Source: Amoebophrya sp. A120 (lineage: Eukaryota; Protista; Dinoflagellata). Taken from it: a DNA stretch of 64,000 nucleotides. The position numbers and the translations under genes were made by a program. Positions 49,923-60,990 of this stretch are shown here, one piece after another; the first letter of the stretch is position 1; each line of letters starts with the position of its first letter. The stretch spans positions 310,001-374,000 of the forward strand of contig CAJINV010000008.1 in assembly GCA_905178155.1 (NCBI GenBank). Reading direction: 5' to 3'. The notes beneath the pieces were generated by a model. It worked only from the letters and a program-made list of their open reading frames with translations, ran no database searches and was not told where the DNA came from.

Positions 49923-50610
49923 TTTGACCAATCAATGTTCTTGTAAATGAATAGCTTTGAGTTTGAGTTTGAGGTTCGATAATGTCGCAGAAAAAAATAA
50001 GCCGATTCAAAGCTTAGTTCGTTAGACTACGCGTTCTTTTACTTTTGTAAAGCACCAAACTTGTTCCACATTGATTTCGCTGTCACGGGTTGGGATCTGT
50101 CACGTCAGAATGAAAATGATGCTTTAGCATTTAACGAATAATCCCCACGATCGGAACGCCTAGCGTAGAAACTCTCGTCGATCGCAAGGGGAAGAAGAAG
50201 ATCTTCAACATCACAATAAGATATATTCTAGGCGGTGCAGCCCGTCATTTCAGACTTTGTGTTGGATCTTACCTGTTTCACTTTGGATCGATTCGTGTGT
50301 CTTTTCACAGATTGAAACCGATAAAAGTCTTGACCTACAGGTATTTTGACTTGATCTGTCTGTTTGTTTTGTGTTGTTCTTCTCATGGAACCGTCAGCTG
50401 CAGCAGTATCTTCTGCGACAGCAGAACGTGATCTTATTTGTCTGGTCTCGCTTTGTAGTGATGAACAATTCCACGTAGGTCAGCACCTCGGTAAGCAAGC
50501 GAGAATGAGGATCTTTCTATCGTTCGACTTGGACTAAAATTGAAATTCGAAAAAGCGTACATGAGGCGTTTGTCGTCATGGATGCCGCTCCGGGCGCGAT
50601 TTAGTACACC

Positions 50611-52570
50611 TTATGTCTGGTCCTCAGATAATTCGGCGCCCGCGCATACCGTTTTGCCCCTCATGAAGCGCAAAATGCGTGGGAGTGCGTCTTTCGCGTT
50701 CATCCGCAGCGGTGTGTGACCCTCTGGTACACTCCAGTGATCCACATTTACGCGGATCAGGTTGGCTCGCCCGCTAGCGCCGCCGCAAATCTCCATTGCT
50801 CGAAGGGTCTGCGCGCGGGCCCGGCTGGTGTATTGCTTTTCCTGGTCGTCGTCGTACTTCGCTGCCTCAAGTTCCAAAATTGCCACAGTCCCACGCCGCT
50901 GGTGGGTAAGGTGTTGCGCTAGTATCAAATGTAAAAATGTCTAGGTCTGGAAGATTAAAACTTGTCATGCTAAATCCGAATATATGTAAAAACCTGTGTT
51001 GCATGAGTGCCAAAAGCTGCCCAATTTCGACCAGGTTGGGAGGTAGTCTCTCATGCGGGATAGGCATGGCAGAGACCTCACAGACTCTGTCATGCTCGGC
51101 GGCGCATTCCAGACCTCGTGGGTCATGGAAAATCTGCAAGACAAATCTCGCAATCTTCCAGACCCAGACATTTTTACATGTCATAGCTAGGTGAAGAAAG
51201 CGATAGTAGTTTTCCTCCGCCTCCTCGTATTCTTCAGACCGAAAGAATTTCGTTTGTTTTTTACATCCATCTTTCGTGGACGAGCGGGTTCTGACGTCAA
51301 CATTCGGACCTACGTTGGTTCCTGACGTCTGGCACCCAGGACAAACCGGCAACACGCACCGCCAATCCGGGTCGTAAACCACCTTCGGCGCGTCATCTCC
51401 AACCGCAGCCGCACGACTTCTAGTTTCCTGCATGGCACTGGGTTTCGGGTATTTCAGAGGAGACAGGTCGGCGAAGTTTTTGCTTTCGTTCCATGTTGGG
51501 AGATTATCGGTAAATCTGTTCTTGGAGGGACTTGCGTCAAACGAGTTCTTTGTACTCGCCGTTGTTTTCTTAGCAAGATGAACGTCTTTGTAATGTTGTG
51601 TGTTTCTCTTTCCCTCTTCTAGTTCCGCGGCCAGCAACGCGCAGCCGGTGCTGACTGCCTGCATGGCCTTGGTTGCTCTTGTAGTTTTCGACAAAATTCC
51701 GCGTTCCCAGTCAATATGTGCTTCTAGAGCTCGCCACGTCGGCTCTGCTGGCCACACGTGGCCACAGTTCGAGCATTGTAAACGTGCCACGTCACCGCGC
51801 GCAGCGTGAATAATCTGCTCGGCTGGCTGGTGCACGAACCCGCCGGCAGGAGAGGCAACAGGAGGCGTCTCATTCGGATTCGTCAGCAAGTCGGTACAAT
51901 TTTCCACCACGCCTTGTCGAAAGTACCACTGCTCGCAAGGGTCATTGTGCCAGATGAAGAAGCGCTTTTTCTGCAGTATCTGTCCCAGAACGCGATGCAA
52001 GTACGTTCGCCCGCATGCACTTGTAGATATTGCAGCTCCTGGCGCGCCGCGACCTTGTTGTGTGTTTGCTTTCGCAGCGTGCGAGCCGATCTCGCTGGCA
52101 AGGTTCCGCAGAACTTTCGATGCAGCCGGAACGTCCGGATAAAACACTTCACCCGAGGCGGATCCCGTTCTTCGTGTCTCCTCCATAGTACTACAGTCGA
52201 CTCCGCCGTAGTAGAAGCCGGAGTGCAATTGCTGCAGACTAGGTAAATTGGCCACTGCCGACGCCGCTGCCGCTACACTGCCGGTCGGGGAGACATTGTC
52301 TGAGCGCCGCTGATACCGCTGGTCCTCGCCATCTTGCCGCATCCAAACGGTGTGCCGAGCGAGAAACGGAAACAAATACAGTGGGCTGTGTCGCAGCTCT
52401 TCAGATGAAAATGCCTCCGCCACGCTGCTGATGCCTGCCCAGTCGCGCGCCAGTCCCGGGTACCGGTCCTCAAAACCATCATCGTCGCTCGCCAGTGACT
52501 TTCCGACGATGACGAGGACGCAGCTGGCAGTGGCAATCAAATCAGCTGCACGATCGAGTAGGGCGTCCAT
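50611..52570 (-). CDS. Divergent Sir2/sirtuin-like protein (2 exons)
   Basis: LDRAADLIATASCVLVIVG; RGDVARLQCSNC; LPVCPGC..VGPNV; after excising element 50923-51185, TVAILELE and LIRVN. This is the motif order of the Sir2 fold. Confidence 0.65.
50923..51185. mobile_element. Introner-like TIR element, family A (263 bp), reverse orientation, intron of the sirtuin-like gene
   Basis: TSD gctag at 50918-50922 and 51186-51190. Excision gives YRFLHLA|QHLTHQRRG. Confidence 0.93.
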
Positions 52571-52829
52571 ATTAGTCAGAAACGAAAGTGAATCTGAATC
52601 TTCAACATCTTCCCGGTGGAAACCGAATTTTCATACACTCAGTGTAGTGAGTGTGACTAGTACAACTCGCGGCTTGTTTTAATGTAGTCACGATCATGTA
52701 GTTTATCTTTGTGTTTGTTCTACATGCGCAAAGTGAATAAAGAACGAGGACCCGTGGATACGAAAGCGCGATTATCGTGGCGATGGCGATGCTGGAAGGA
52801 ATAAAAATTGATGCACGACCATCTAGATT

Positions 52830-52889
52830 GACATCATCAATGGCAAACACCGACCTGGACACATCGATGGAAAACACCGACCTGGTCAC
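52830..52889. repeat. Two-copy 27-bp tandem repeat
   Basis: atggcaaacaccgacctggacac at 52840 and atggaaaacaccgacctggtcac at 52867. Confidence 0.7.
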
Positions 52890-53490
52890 TGACCCTAGTA
52901 AGTACTACTTACTTCCTCCTGCGACCACAAGAGATGAGACGACAGAAGCGAAGACTAGAACTAGTCCCCGCGACGACAACGACGACGGACGATCTTCGAC
53001 TTCCTACTGCGCCCCGTCATACGAAGTATTCTACTTTTCTTTACGACCACAAGACAACTTTTGCTGCAGAAAACACAAACACAACATTGAATAGCCTCAA
53101 TGAGCGGCATCAAACTCATGCGTTTGATTTGAGTAACCGACTGTGTGTACTGCTACTGCCTCACCAAGATTAAGTTACCTTTGATTTTGTCATCGTCCAA
53201 TGGGGAGCTTTCTACATTTCATGGATGTTGTGTTTTTGCTTAGCTGGACACGAAGATGCTGATTGAAATTGAATGCTTTCTATCCCTATGAATGACATGA
53301 AGATGTGGGATTGCGACATGTAAAAACAACTACTTACTGTACACGTGAAATTATATGGCAATGCTGCAGTATGAAGGTTCTTTGAGATGCATGATGTGTT
53401 TCACGCACCTGTTTGAGTCATATCACTACCGCCACCCGCTGCACTGTGGAGAAAATTGAAATTTTTACTGCAAACGGGGAGTGAAGATTA

Positions 53491-54228
53491 CTATGCGGCA
53501 ACGACAACTCCGAAAGCGAGTGAAAAGAGCAACAAAAAATAGCTTTGCCACCGGTCCCAAGCAGCCGAGGCTGCGCTAGTCGTGGCGGACATGGAAGACG
53601 ATGCTGAAGACGCTCTTGCTGCCGCGCCGGCAGTAGTGGACGCGGCCGCACTGCCAGTACCGGTTGCACTGCCGCCAGATGAAGAAGGACTACTAGCACC
53701 TGCTGCACCGCTACTGCTGCTAGAAGTGCCTGACGAGCCCGTCCCGGTGGTACCTCCGCTTGTAGATGAAGTGCCTCCACCCGAAGAACTGCTTCCTGCG
53801 GTTGTACTTGTGGCGCTGCTAGAAGTGGACGTCGTCGTAGCTCCACAGTTGGCGCAACCGGCGGCAACTAGACTGTCGTAGCCGCCTGCGTTGTAGACAT
53901 TTGTGTACCCCCATCCCTCGAGCTTGGTTTTGGCTACGCCCGCTCGCCCGCCGGAGCGGCAGTACACGACTACGCGACGGGTCTTATCTGCCCCGATCAG
54001 GTTCGCCGCCATCGCGCTCGTCAAGCTTGGGTTCGGAGCCAACTGGGCGCATCCCAAGTGCCCGGCGTCCCATTCACTCTGGTTTCGCACATCAAGAACT
54101 GCGGCTCCCGCCTCCGAAACCGCAGCGCAACCTGCAGCCGAGCTGCCCACACTCAGAGGTGCGGCGAGCAGGAGCGCTGGCACGAGCGACTTGTAGTTTG
54201 CGAAAATTCGCCACGTGTTCTTGAACAT
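53491..54228 (-). CDS. Rhodanese-domain protein with signal peptide, S/T/G-rich stalk and GPI-anchor-like C-terminus
   Basis: VLDVRNQSEWDAGHL; VVVYCRSGGRA; GYTNVYNAGGY; hydrophobic N- and C-termini. Confidence 0.85.
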   Translation of the reverse strand: MFKNTWRIFANYKSLVPALLLAAPLSVGSSAAGCAAVSEAGAAVLDVRNQSEWDAGHLGCAQLAPNPSLTSAMAANLIGADKTRRVVVYCRSGGRAGVAKTKLEGWGYTNVYNAGGYDSLVAAGCANCGATTTSTSSSATSTTAGSSSSGGGTSSTSGGTTGTGSSGTSSSSSGAAGASSPSSSGGSATGTGSAAASTTAGAAARASSASSSMSATTSAASAAWDRWQSYFLLLFSLAFGVVVAA

Positions 54229-54916
54229 GCTGCCTGCGGAATTCTATCAGAGCAACAACCGAGCCTAATGCACCAAATTTATCGCAGTAAGAAATGACAA
54301 TGGGAAGCGCGCTCCATCTACAACATTCTGGACCTGCAGGGGAGAGAAACTGATGCTGCATAATCTACTTATCAAATACTTTTTATTGATTCACGTGTCA
54401 AATGCACTCTCCTCTCTAGTACTTCGCGATCTCGTACGTCAAACACTCAAGTGTTGCTTCTTCAGTGAAAGGGTGAAACACTCGACGGACAGGCGTCCAT
54501 CTCAATACTACCGATGCGTGCTCTCATATCAGTACACATACGACAGAACACTTTGAGACTCTTTTTATCCTTGAGAGGCCAGTGGCTTGAAACATTTTCC
54601 TCCTTCTGCTCCTCATCTCTGCTTTTTGTGCGTTAGCTCCAACTGGTTTTCTTTCGTACTGTAGTTTTGCTTTTGCTTTATCAGTGGTCTGCTTTGTTAC
54701 ATAACTTGTTGCGTTCTGCTTTCGTCATGACGATCACGTACTGCTGATCAACGTAATATTAACTCCAGTCTGTCGAGAGTGCCGGTTATAGTCTAAATGG
54801 AAACTTTTTGCTGATGAAGGGTCACGCTCACGGTCTGTCTCTGTTTAATGTTAGCATTCAATAAAACAGTGTTATTTACAGTGCAACGTACATATCAATC
54901 CGGAATTTTCGAGTGT

Positions 54917-55812
54917 CTACGCGAAGAGCTCCTTAACACGGGCTTTGAACGTCGCGAGATCCACCCGGTCCTCGGCGAAGGTCATTTTCTCTGCCATCTC
55001 GTGCTGTGCTTGCGTGTTTACCTGTAGTTCAGATTCTGCGATTGATCAAAAGTGCTTCGCCAAATTTCAAATTTTCTACTGAAAACACATATAGAGTGTG
55101 TTTCGTGGGAGAAAAGAAAAAAAAAGGAATACGATGCTGCAGAGTGCTTGTCTGCACTGCGAGGCGGTGATTGTTCCGACCTGCATCAAGTCCGCCATTC
55201 GAAAAACTGCTTCGATCTCCGCGTCTTCGAATAACATTGAGGTCGCAGGCGCGCTTTGTCGCTTTTTCAGCTCCTCCACCAGAAATCCCTTTACCTAAGT
55301 CAGTGGTTTTAGACTTCCACACTCGAGGTGAACCAATTTTACGCATGAAAACTGCATGATGTCAAACAACAACAATGCACACTAGTAGTCGTGCCCGTGA
55401 CCGCATAGGTATAAAAAAGTGCAAGACGTTGACGATCTCACCATCTCAATTCAACAACGCGTCATCAAATACGTTTTCTGGCTTCTTGTAGCATAGCGCG
55501 GCGCAGAGGTCGTTGAACAGCTCATTTATTCTGTGCTTCTTCAGGTACCTAAAAAATTCAGTTTGAGTTTTTTACTTTTCTTTGCATCCTCAAGAAAAAA
55601 ACGCATAGTGGTGCCAGGCGTAATGTATTGAATGATACAGATACTCGCAACTCGTTACATAATCGTAACCCAGTAGACAGAGTCACGAAGTTTCAATTAT
55701 GATCAGTTGTAGATCAAATATTCTCGAAAAAACAGAATCAAGATCAACCAAATTAGTACTGTTCTGCTTCCTGCACGGACTCGAGCTGGTACTGCGCTCG
55801 ATGGTCCGCCAT
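54917..55812 (-). CDS. EFCAB10-like protein (RIIa/Dpy-30-type dimerisation region plus EF-hand), 4 exons
   Basis: MADHRAQYQLE|YLKKHRINELFNDLCAALCYKKPEN|VKGFLVEELKK..LFEDAEIEAVFRMADLMQVGTITASQCRQALCSI|VNTQ...KELFA*, joined by GT-AG introns. Confidence 0.78.
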
Positions 55813-56384
55813 TTTGAATGCCCTTTTCAATTCTGAAAAAAAAGATACTACTTTCGGTGTGCTTGCTGTGTCAACATTACTCGATTTCGAGAAGCAGTAA
55901 CTCTTCGACCATCTCCCCTTGCTCCCCCCAAATGATTTTCCTTAGCCGGCTCCCGAGCAAAGACCGGTTAGGGCAGAGATTCTTGTGGTTTTGCACGAGA
56001 CGTAATCTTCTGTCGAATATCGTACAGTGTTACCACGATGATATAATCTCTCAACGATAATTAGAAACTTTCGTCCTCTTTCAGCGAAGCCGAAGACTTT
56101 TTTCATGCTTCTACGCCTGCGCGGTTCGCACGACAAAGTTCTTGCTTGCGTGGAACACGTTCACGGTTCAGACTATAATATTCACGCTGTATCCACAACG
56201 AAAATCAAGATACGACCAAGCCCCCGTACTTCTACTTGATATAATCCAATGACTTGGATAATCTCCCTCGTACTTGACGTTCTTCATCAGGTCATATGAA
56301 TACGTCACAACTCGAAAACTCATTTTGCTGCTTCCTTGCATCACAGAACAGTGACAGTTATTTACAAATTTTCTAGTGAATTCC

Positions 56385-56646
56385 AAATTTTTCTTGTCTG
56401 AGCATTGGTCATTTTCTATTTGCCTGTTCTATTTTTCTAAGGAGATCGCGCTCATTCACGAACACAGTCCTGGTCCTCGTGTTTGTGTTATTACCCCCTT
56501 CGAAGGCGGCTCGCGCTGACGGGTCAACCACGTATGTCGTGACCCCCTGCACACCGGGTTCTCGTCCGACGACTGTACGTCTATTCGAAATCCACGACTG
56601 GGTGCTCATTTTATCTACGTGTAACCATTCCCCACAGTTCGGAACC
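56385..56646 (-). repeat. Partial duplicate of the flanks of the 57.3-61.0 kb locus; contains 66-aa ORF 56409-56609
   Basis: 56385-56481 matches 57317-57413 (TRTRTVFVNER.L.RKIEQA..K*). 56616-56646 matches 60982-61012. Confidence 0.7.
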
Positions 56647-56655
56647 GGCTCTTCG

Positions 56656-56713
56656 CCGTCGCTTGGTCCATTGACCTAGCCCGCCTGCCCCGTCGCTTGG
56701 TCCATTGACCTAG
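56656..56713. repeat. Direct repeat, 24 bp x2, period 34
   Basis: ccgtcgcttggtccattgacctag at 56656 and 56690. Confidence 0.85.
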
Positions 56714-57469
56714 TTCTAGCGAGTGGTGGGCAGACGATTCGGTATGTAGTAAGGAACACCTGTAATCCTGCAGGCTCTGTGGCCCGTGCGAACTCCCTTC
56801 TTCCGTGCGGGGGTTCGAGGTAGTAATTTCTGTCTGGCATGGACTTTCATATCTGTTGCAGTGCCCCGGCCGCCTATGACAGGGCGGGGCTGGAGGCTCG
56901 TGTCTGCCTGACATTGGCAAAATTGCGTGCGGTTTTTGGGTCTCACTCTTGCAGCGGAGAGGGAGACGACCGATTCCAAAATTAATGTGGAGCTATCAGT
57001 ATCAGCATTGTGTGAAACTTTTGCTCATGCAGCCTGAGCATCCCTCTTCGGGCGTGGCGGGCTGGTCGGGAGCCAGATTTTTCATTTTTACGATTAGGAT
57101 TACGAATTTTAATTATGAAAATTTACGAAGCCTGTACTATCAAATAAAAAAAGGCATACGCGACGACCCTAAGAAATGTGTACAAATTCAAAAAAGAGTG
57201 CATATTCATCGACGAAATTTTTTTCAGATTTTCAATACAGAGGTGGTTTTGCTGCTCATGCTCTCTTCGTCTTCCATTACAGTTATTGAGAAAATTTTTT
57301 TCAGTAATACATTTACAGATTTTTCTTGTCGAAGCATCGGTCATTTTTTAGTTGCCTGTTCTATTTTTCTAAAAAGATTGCGCTCGTTGACGAACACAGT
57401 CCTGGTCCTCGTGACCCCCCTGCTCATGCGGGCTAAATAGGTCCGTGCCTGATGACCCTGACCCCCTGC

Positions 57470-60301
57470 TCAGCGGGTTTTCCGGACGACAGTCTCGGTT
57501 TTCTCCTTCAAGCGAATGTCCGGCATGAACAGCAGCATGAGGATGCAAATCACTAGCTGCCAGCCTAGGGATATACCGGGAGTCAGAGCGGGGACGGCGA
57601 GAAAGGCGAACCAAAAGGGAAGGGTGGCCACCGCCAAAAGGAACGCAAGCAGGAGGACGGTGCCAGCCATCCAGAACATGCCCAAGAAAAAGGCAAGGCA
57701 GATTTCGAAAGGGGTGGCGGCGCGAACCTCGCCTCCTCGAACAATTTGAATTTGAAGGCTGCCTGTGTCATTTTTACCAGCAGACCACAATACAGATGGG
57801 CCAGTGGCGCCACTCTTCTCCTCGCCGAGTAGCGTGACAAAGGAGCTGCTGCTGCTCGTGCTCCTGGCCGCGGCGGCATAAAGATCGTGATGGTGATCGA
57901 TGTCGTCCCCGCCGTGGACGTGGTCGTGCGCTGGCATGTCCCGCAGCATTTCGTACAACGAAAATTTCGCTCCTGATCCTGCTCTCCCCTGTTGTACTTC
58001 CGTCAGCATTGCCTTTTGCAAAAACTGCAAGAAAGGCTTCCACAAGGCGTCGACAAAGACCCGGGCCATCACAACTTTCGGAGGCTGCTCGCGGCGAGCA
58101 GTAGTAGATAAACTCAAACGACCCACTTTGACGTCCTTGAAGTACATCTTCGCGAGCGGAGCCTTCTGCAGCGCTTTTTGCACCAGGTTCTGCTTCTTTT
58201 CCTCCAGGCTCGACATGATGTTTTTCTTCGTCAGGTGTTTATTTGCGACGTCCAGGCTCAAGAACCTGCTCATCTTCAGATGACCAACATTCTCATCATT
58301 TTCAACATTTTCATCGTTCTTATCGCTTGTGGTATGCTGGTGATGTGATGAACGAGGAGCAGAACAGCAGGCCCGCCTCCACGAGGGCAGCTCCTCCATC
58401 TCCCGACTTGTGTTGCTCTCCTCGAACGAGCCGCTGCTGCAGTCAACAAGGCTGCAGAGCTCTTTCTCCTCTTCCGGCCCGAGCTCGGCGGGAAAGAAAA
58501 CGGCGCCACCGTCTTGAAACATGGACACTTCAAAGCTTTCCACGTCTTCCAGCGACAAGACACCAGGTGCTGCAGCAGTCGTGGTCATGCCACTCCCACT
58601 TTTTCCCTCGTCCCACGTGTTCTTCATCTCCGTCGAAGTTTCAGTGCTCGTTGTACTCCCTCCGATTGAACCTGTTCGACCTTTTTGTTTTTTGCAAAAC
58701 GAATCTTTCGCCAGCGCTGCCACCTTCTGGGCAATTTCTTCCATGCTCGCTTCACTCCGACTCTCTGCGGCCTCCTTCGCCTTCCGGGCCCGGTGCACGT
58801 TGTAGCGCGCCCGGAAGCGAAAGAACCGCGGGAGGTAACCAGAAGTGCTGTCCAGAGCCGAAGTGTGCCGTTCGTAGTCTCGGGTCGTTCTCTCCACGTC
58901 GTCCTGCTTTTCGGCAAGCAGTGCTTCCTTGGTGCTGTCGTGCACACCGTCATAGATCAACCGCGGAATGTCTTCGCTGAACTCCGTATCCGGACGGAAA
59001 AAAAACTCCGGACTTCCACTGGCAGCACCGGACGTCAAGTAGAGCCAGTACGGCGCGCTTCCGTTCATACCTGCTTCGAAGCCGCGGCCCGAATTGGAAA
59101 CACGACCAGCCGCTTTCTTGGCTTTGACTTTCACATTCACGCGCACGCGCGGCAGGAGCTCGTCCTGCAGAGTGAGAGGACCATGATGGTGCTCGTCCTT
59201 CGAAGAAACAGCCGCGACTTCAAGAACCGGAAAAAACTGAACGTACTTCCGCAACAGGGACTCCCGCTTAGCACGCGCAGCTTCAGTGTAAAACAACAAA
59301 TCTCCCCCAGGAGTGTCGGTCTTGCCCGGGTTCCCTTCGTCTGCCGGGGAGGTGCTCGAGGAAGGGGTCGCCGCTGCTGCTCCACCACCATCATCTGTAG
59401 TCAAATGATTCGTCAAAACCGTAAACTTCCCACTGCCACCAACTTCTTCCAAACTGCCGGGCGTCACGCGGTACAGCTTCAGCGTGTCTGTGTCGGTTTT
59501 TTCCCGCCCCTGCAATTCCAATTCCTGCTGCACCACAGATGAAGGGGTCTCTCCTGCTTCCGTCGCGTGGTCCTGACCTCGATGCTGGCCGGAAGTTGTT
59601 GTGCTGAACCCCATTGCCGCGAGCTCCTCGTTTGAGGGGGGAGATACGCCATCCGGCCGCGGCCAATGCACCAAGACCAGGGTGCCTGGCGGAAAGAACC
59701 ACGGGTTGGCCTGTTGAGTTTGATGACGTTGACGGTCGTCAAATTCTGGTTTCATGCTTCCGTCCTTCCTGATCACGCACTGCAGCTGGTCCAGCGACAC
59801 CTCCGACGCCGCCCGCGGCGGCCGCACCACCGATCGTCGAAAGACCGCTGACGCGTGCGCCCAGATGTTGCGGCCCTCGTCGGAAGAAGTATTGTTGTAT
59901 TCGCCTGCAGAAATCTGTGTCTGCACAGGATCATCTTCAGAAAGCAGCGAAGATGTTCCCGACGTCGGGCCGCCGGTCGTGGTCGTGTTCGTGGCAGCGG
60001 CCATCACTTTCGCCAATGGTGCGTGGTACTTAGAAAGCCAGGAGAGCCAGGCTTTGGACATAAACCGCGACAAGGGAGAAGACGACGTCGACTTGCCTTC
60101 GTCCGTGTTGTAGTCGGAGGAGAGCTCGGTCGTGCCGGCCTCGCTCGCCTTCGTCTCCACAACGACCCGAGCTTCCACCTGGACATGATTCCAGGTGTTG
60201 ATCCCGAACAGGAGGGGCATCACCATCAGGATCTTCATGATCGACGGAAAATAAATCGGGTTCGGGGCCGCCCATGACGCGGCTACAGTAGCGCGTACCA
60301 T
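57470..60301 (-). CDS. Hypothetical membrane protein, 943 aa, single exon
   Basis: Long ATG ORF with an N-terminal hydrophobic segment and 2-3 C-terminal transmembrane segments. Confidence 0.75.
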   Translation of the reverse strand: MVRATVAASWAAPNPIYFPSIMKILMVMPLLFGINTWNHVQVEARVVVETKASEAGTTELSSDYNTDEGKSTSSSPLSRFMSKAWLSWLSKYHAPLAKVMAAATNTTTTGGPTSGTSSLLSEDDPVQTQISAGEYNNTSSDEGRNIWAHASAVFRRSVVRPPRAASEVSLDQLQCVIRKDGSMKPEFDDRQRHQTQQANPWFFPPGTLVLVHWPRPDGVSPPSNEELAAMGFSTTTSGQHRGQDHATEAGETPSSVVQQELELQGREKTDTDTLKLYRVTPGSLEEVGGSGKFTVLTNHLTTDDGGGAAAATPSSSTSPADEGNPGKTDTPGGDLLFYTEAARAKRESLLRKYVQFFPVLEVAAVSSKDEHHHGPLTLQDELLPRVRVNVKVKAKKAAGRVSNSGRGFEAGMNGSAPYWLYLTSGAASGSPEFFFRPDTEFSEDIPRLIYDGVHDSTKEALLAEKQDDVERTTRDYERHTSALDSTSGYLPRFFRFRARYNVHRARKAKEAAESRSEASMEEIAQKVAALAKDSFCKKQKGRTGSIGGSTTSTETSTEMKNTWDEGKSGSGMTTTAAAPGVLSLEDVESFEVSMFQDGGAVFFPAELGPEEEKELCSLVDCSSGSFEESNTSREMEELPSWRRACCSAPRSSHHQHTTSDKNDENVENDENVGHLKMSRFLSLDVANKHLTKKNIMSSLEEKKQNLVQKALQKAPLAKMYFKDVKVGRLSLSTTARREQPPKVVMARVFVDALWKPFLQFLQKAMLTEVQQGRAGSGAKFSLYEMLRDMPAHDHVHGGDDIDHHHDLYAAAARSTSSSSSFVTLLGEEKSGATGPSVLWSAGKNDTGSLQIQIVRGGEVRAATPFEICLAFFLGMFWMAGTVLLLAFLLAVATLPFWFAFLAVPALTPGISLGWQLVICILMLLFMPDIRLKEKTETVVRKTR

Positions 60302-60796
60302 GTTGATCCCGAAGATGGTTTTGTTTCACGCAGATCGGTTTTTGGAAAGCGTGACCCACAAGGTGAACCCTGCGGGGTTTCCCGTACTTGCGCTAGTTCC
60401 CGAGCAAGAGAAGGTGGAAGCAGTAGACGAGGACTGCCTAGTTGCAGAGGTTCTTGAAGACCCTCCTGACCGAAGAACGGTGTCGGTGTCCTCGACTTTT
60501 TCGATCGTCCAGCTTGTTCTACCAGATTATGTCAGTGTGGTGAGCAACAATTTAACTTTCATGCGGTTACGATCCTCAAATGCAACGCGCTTTATCAATT
60601 ATGGACTCCAGTATTGGGCGTGTATTTTTGGCTCCACAAGAAAGCCTGACGCTGTTCCATTCAAAAGCGAAAGAACACGTCTGTCTTCTTCTTGTCATCG
60701 TCGGGCGTGTGTTCTCATCATGCAAGTAGTTTTTAGAAGTACAAAGCTGCTACGCTACTGCGAGAAATGCGCGATGGTCCGAATAGTTTAGTTCTG

Positions 60797-60990
60797 TACG
60801 AATACCGATGCTGTGGCAAGGGGTTTGCATTCAAACAGAAATCGGGCGCACGTCCATACCGATGAAGACGTTTTGCATTCAAACAGAAATCGGGCGTACG
60901 TCAATACCGATGACAGAGCAGCACGTCTAATCATGATGACGGAGGAGCGTACATCAATACCAATGACAGAGAAATCGGGTGTACGTCTAA
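60797..60990. repeat. Modular tandem repeat (48-bp unit x2 plus degenerate modules)
   Basis: tttgcattcaaacagaaatcgggcg(c/t)acgtc(c/a)ataccgatga at 60824 and 60872, with further cgtac(g/a)tcaatacc(g/a)atgacagag modules. Confidence 0.8.

Noticed and set aside
3015-51185. Recurrent ORF peptides KCKNVWVWKI / LPDPDIFTFD / KMSGSGR resembling a small protein family
   Set aside because: They are just translations of the family A terminal inverted repeat in different frames.
56656-60990. Short direct repeats as a possible CRISPR array
   Set aside because: Only two copies each, no regular unique spacers, no cas genes, and a eukaryotic context.
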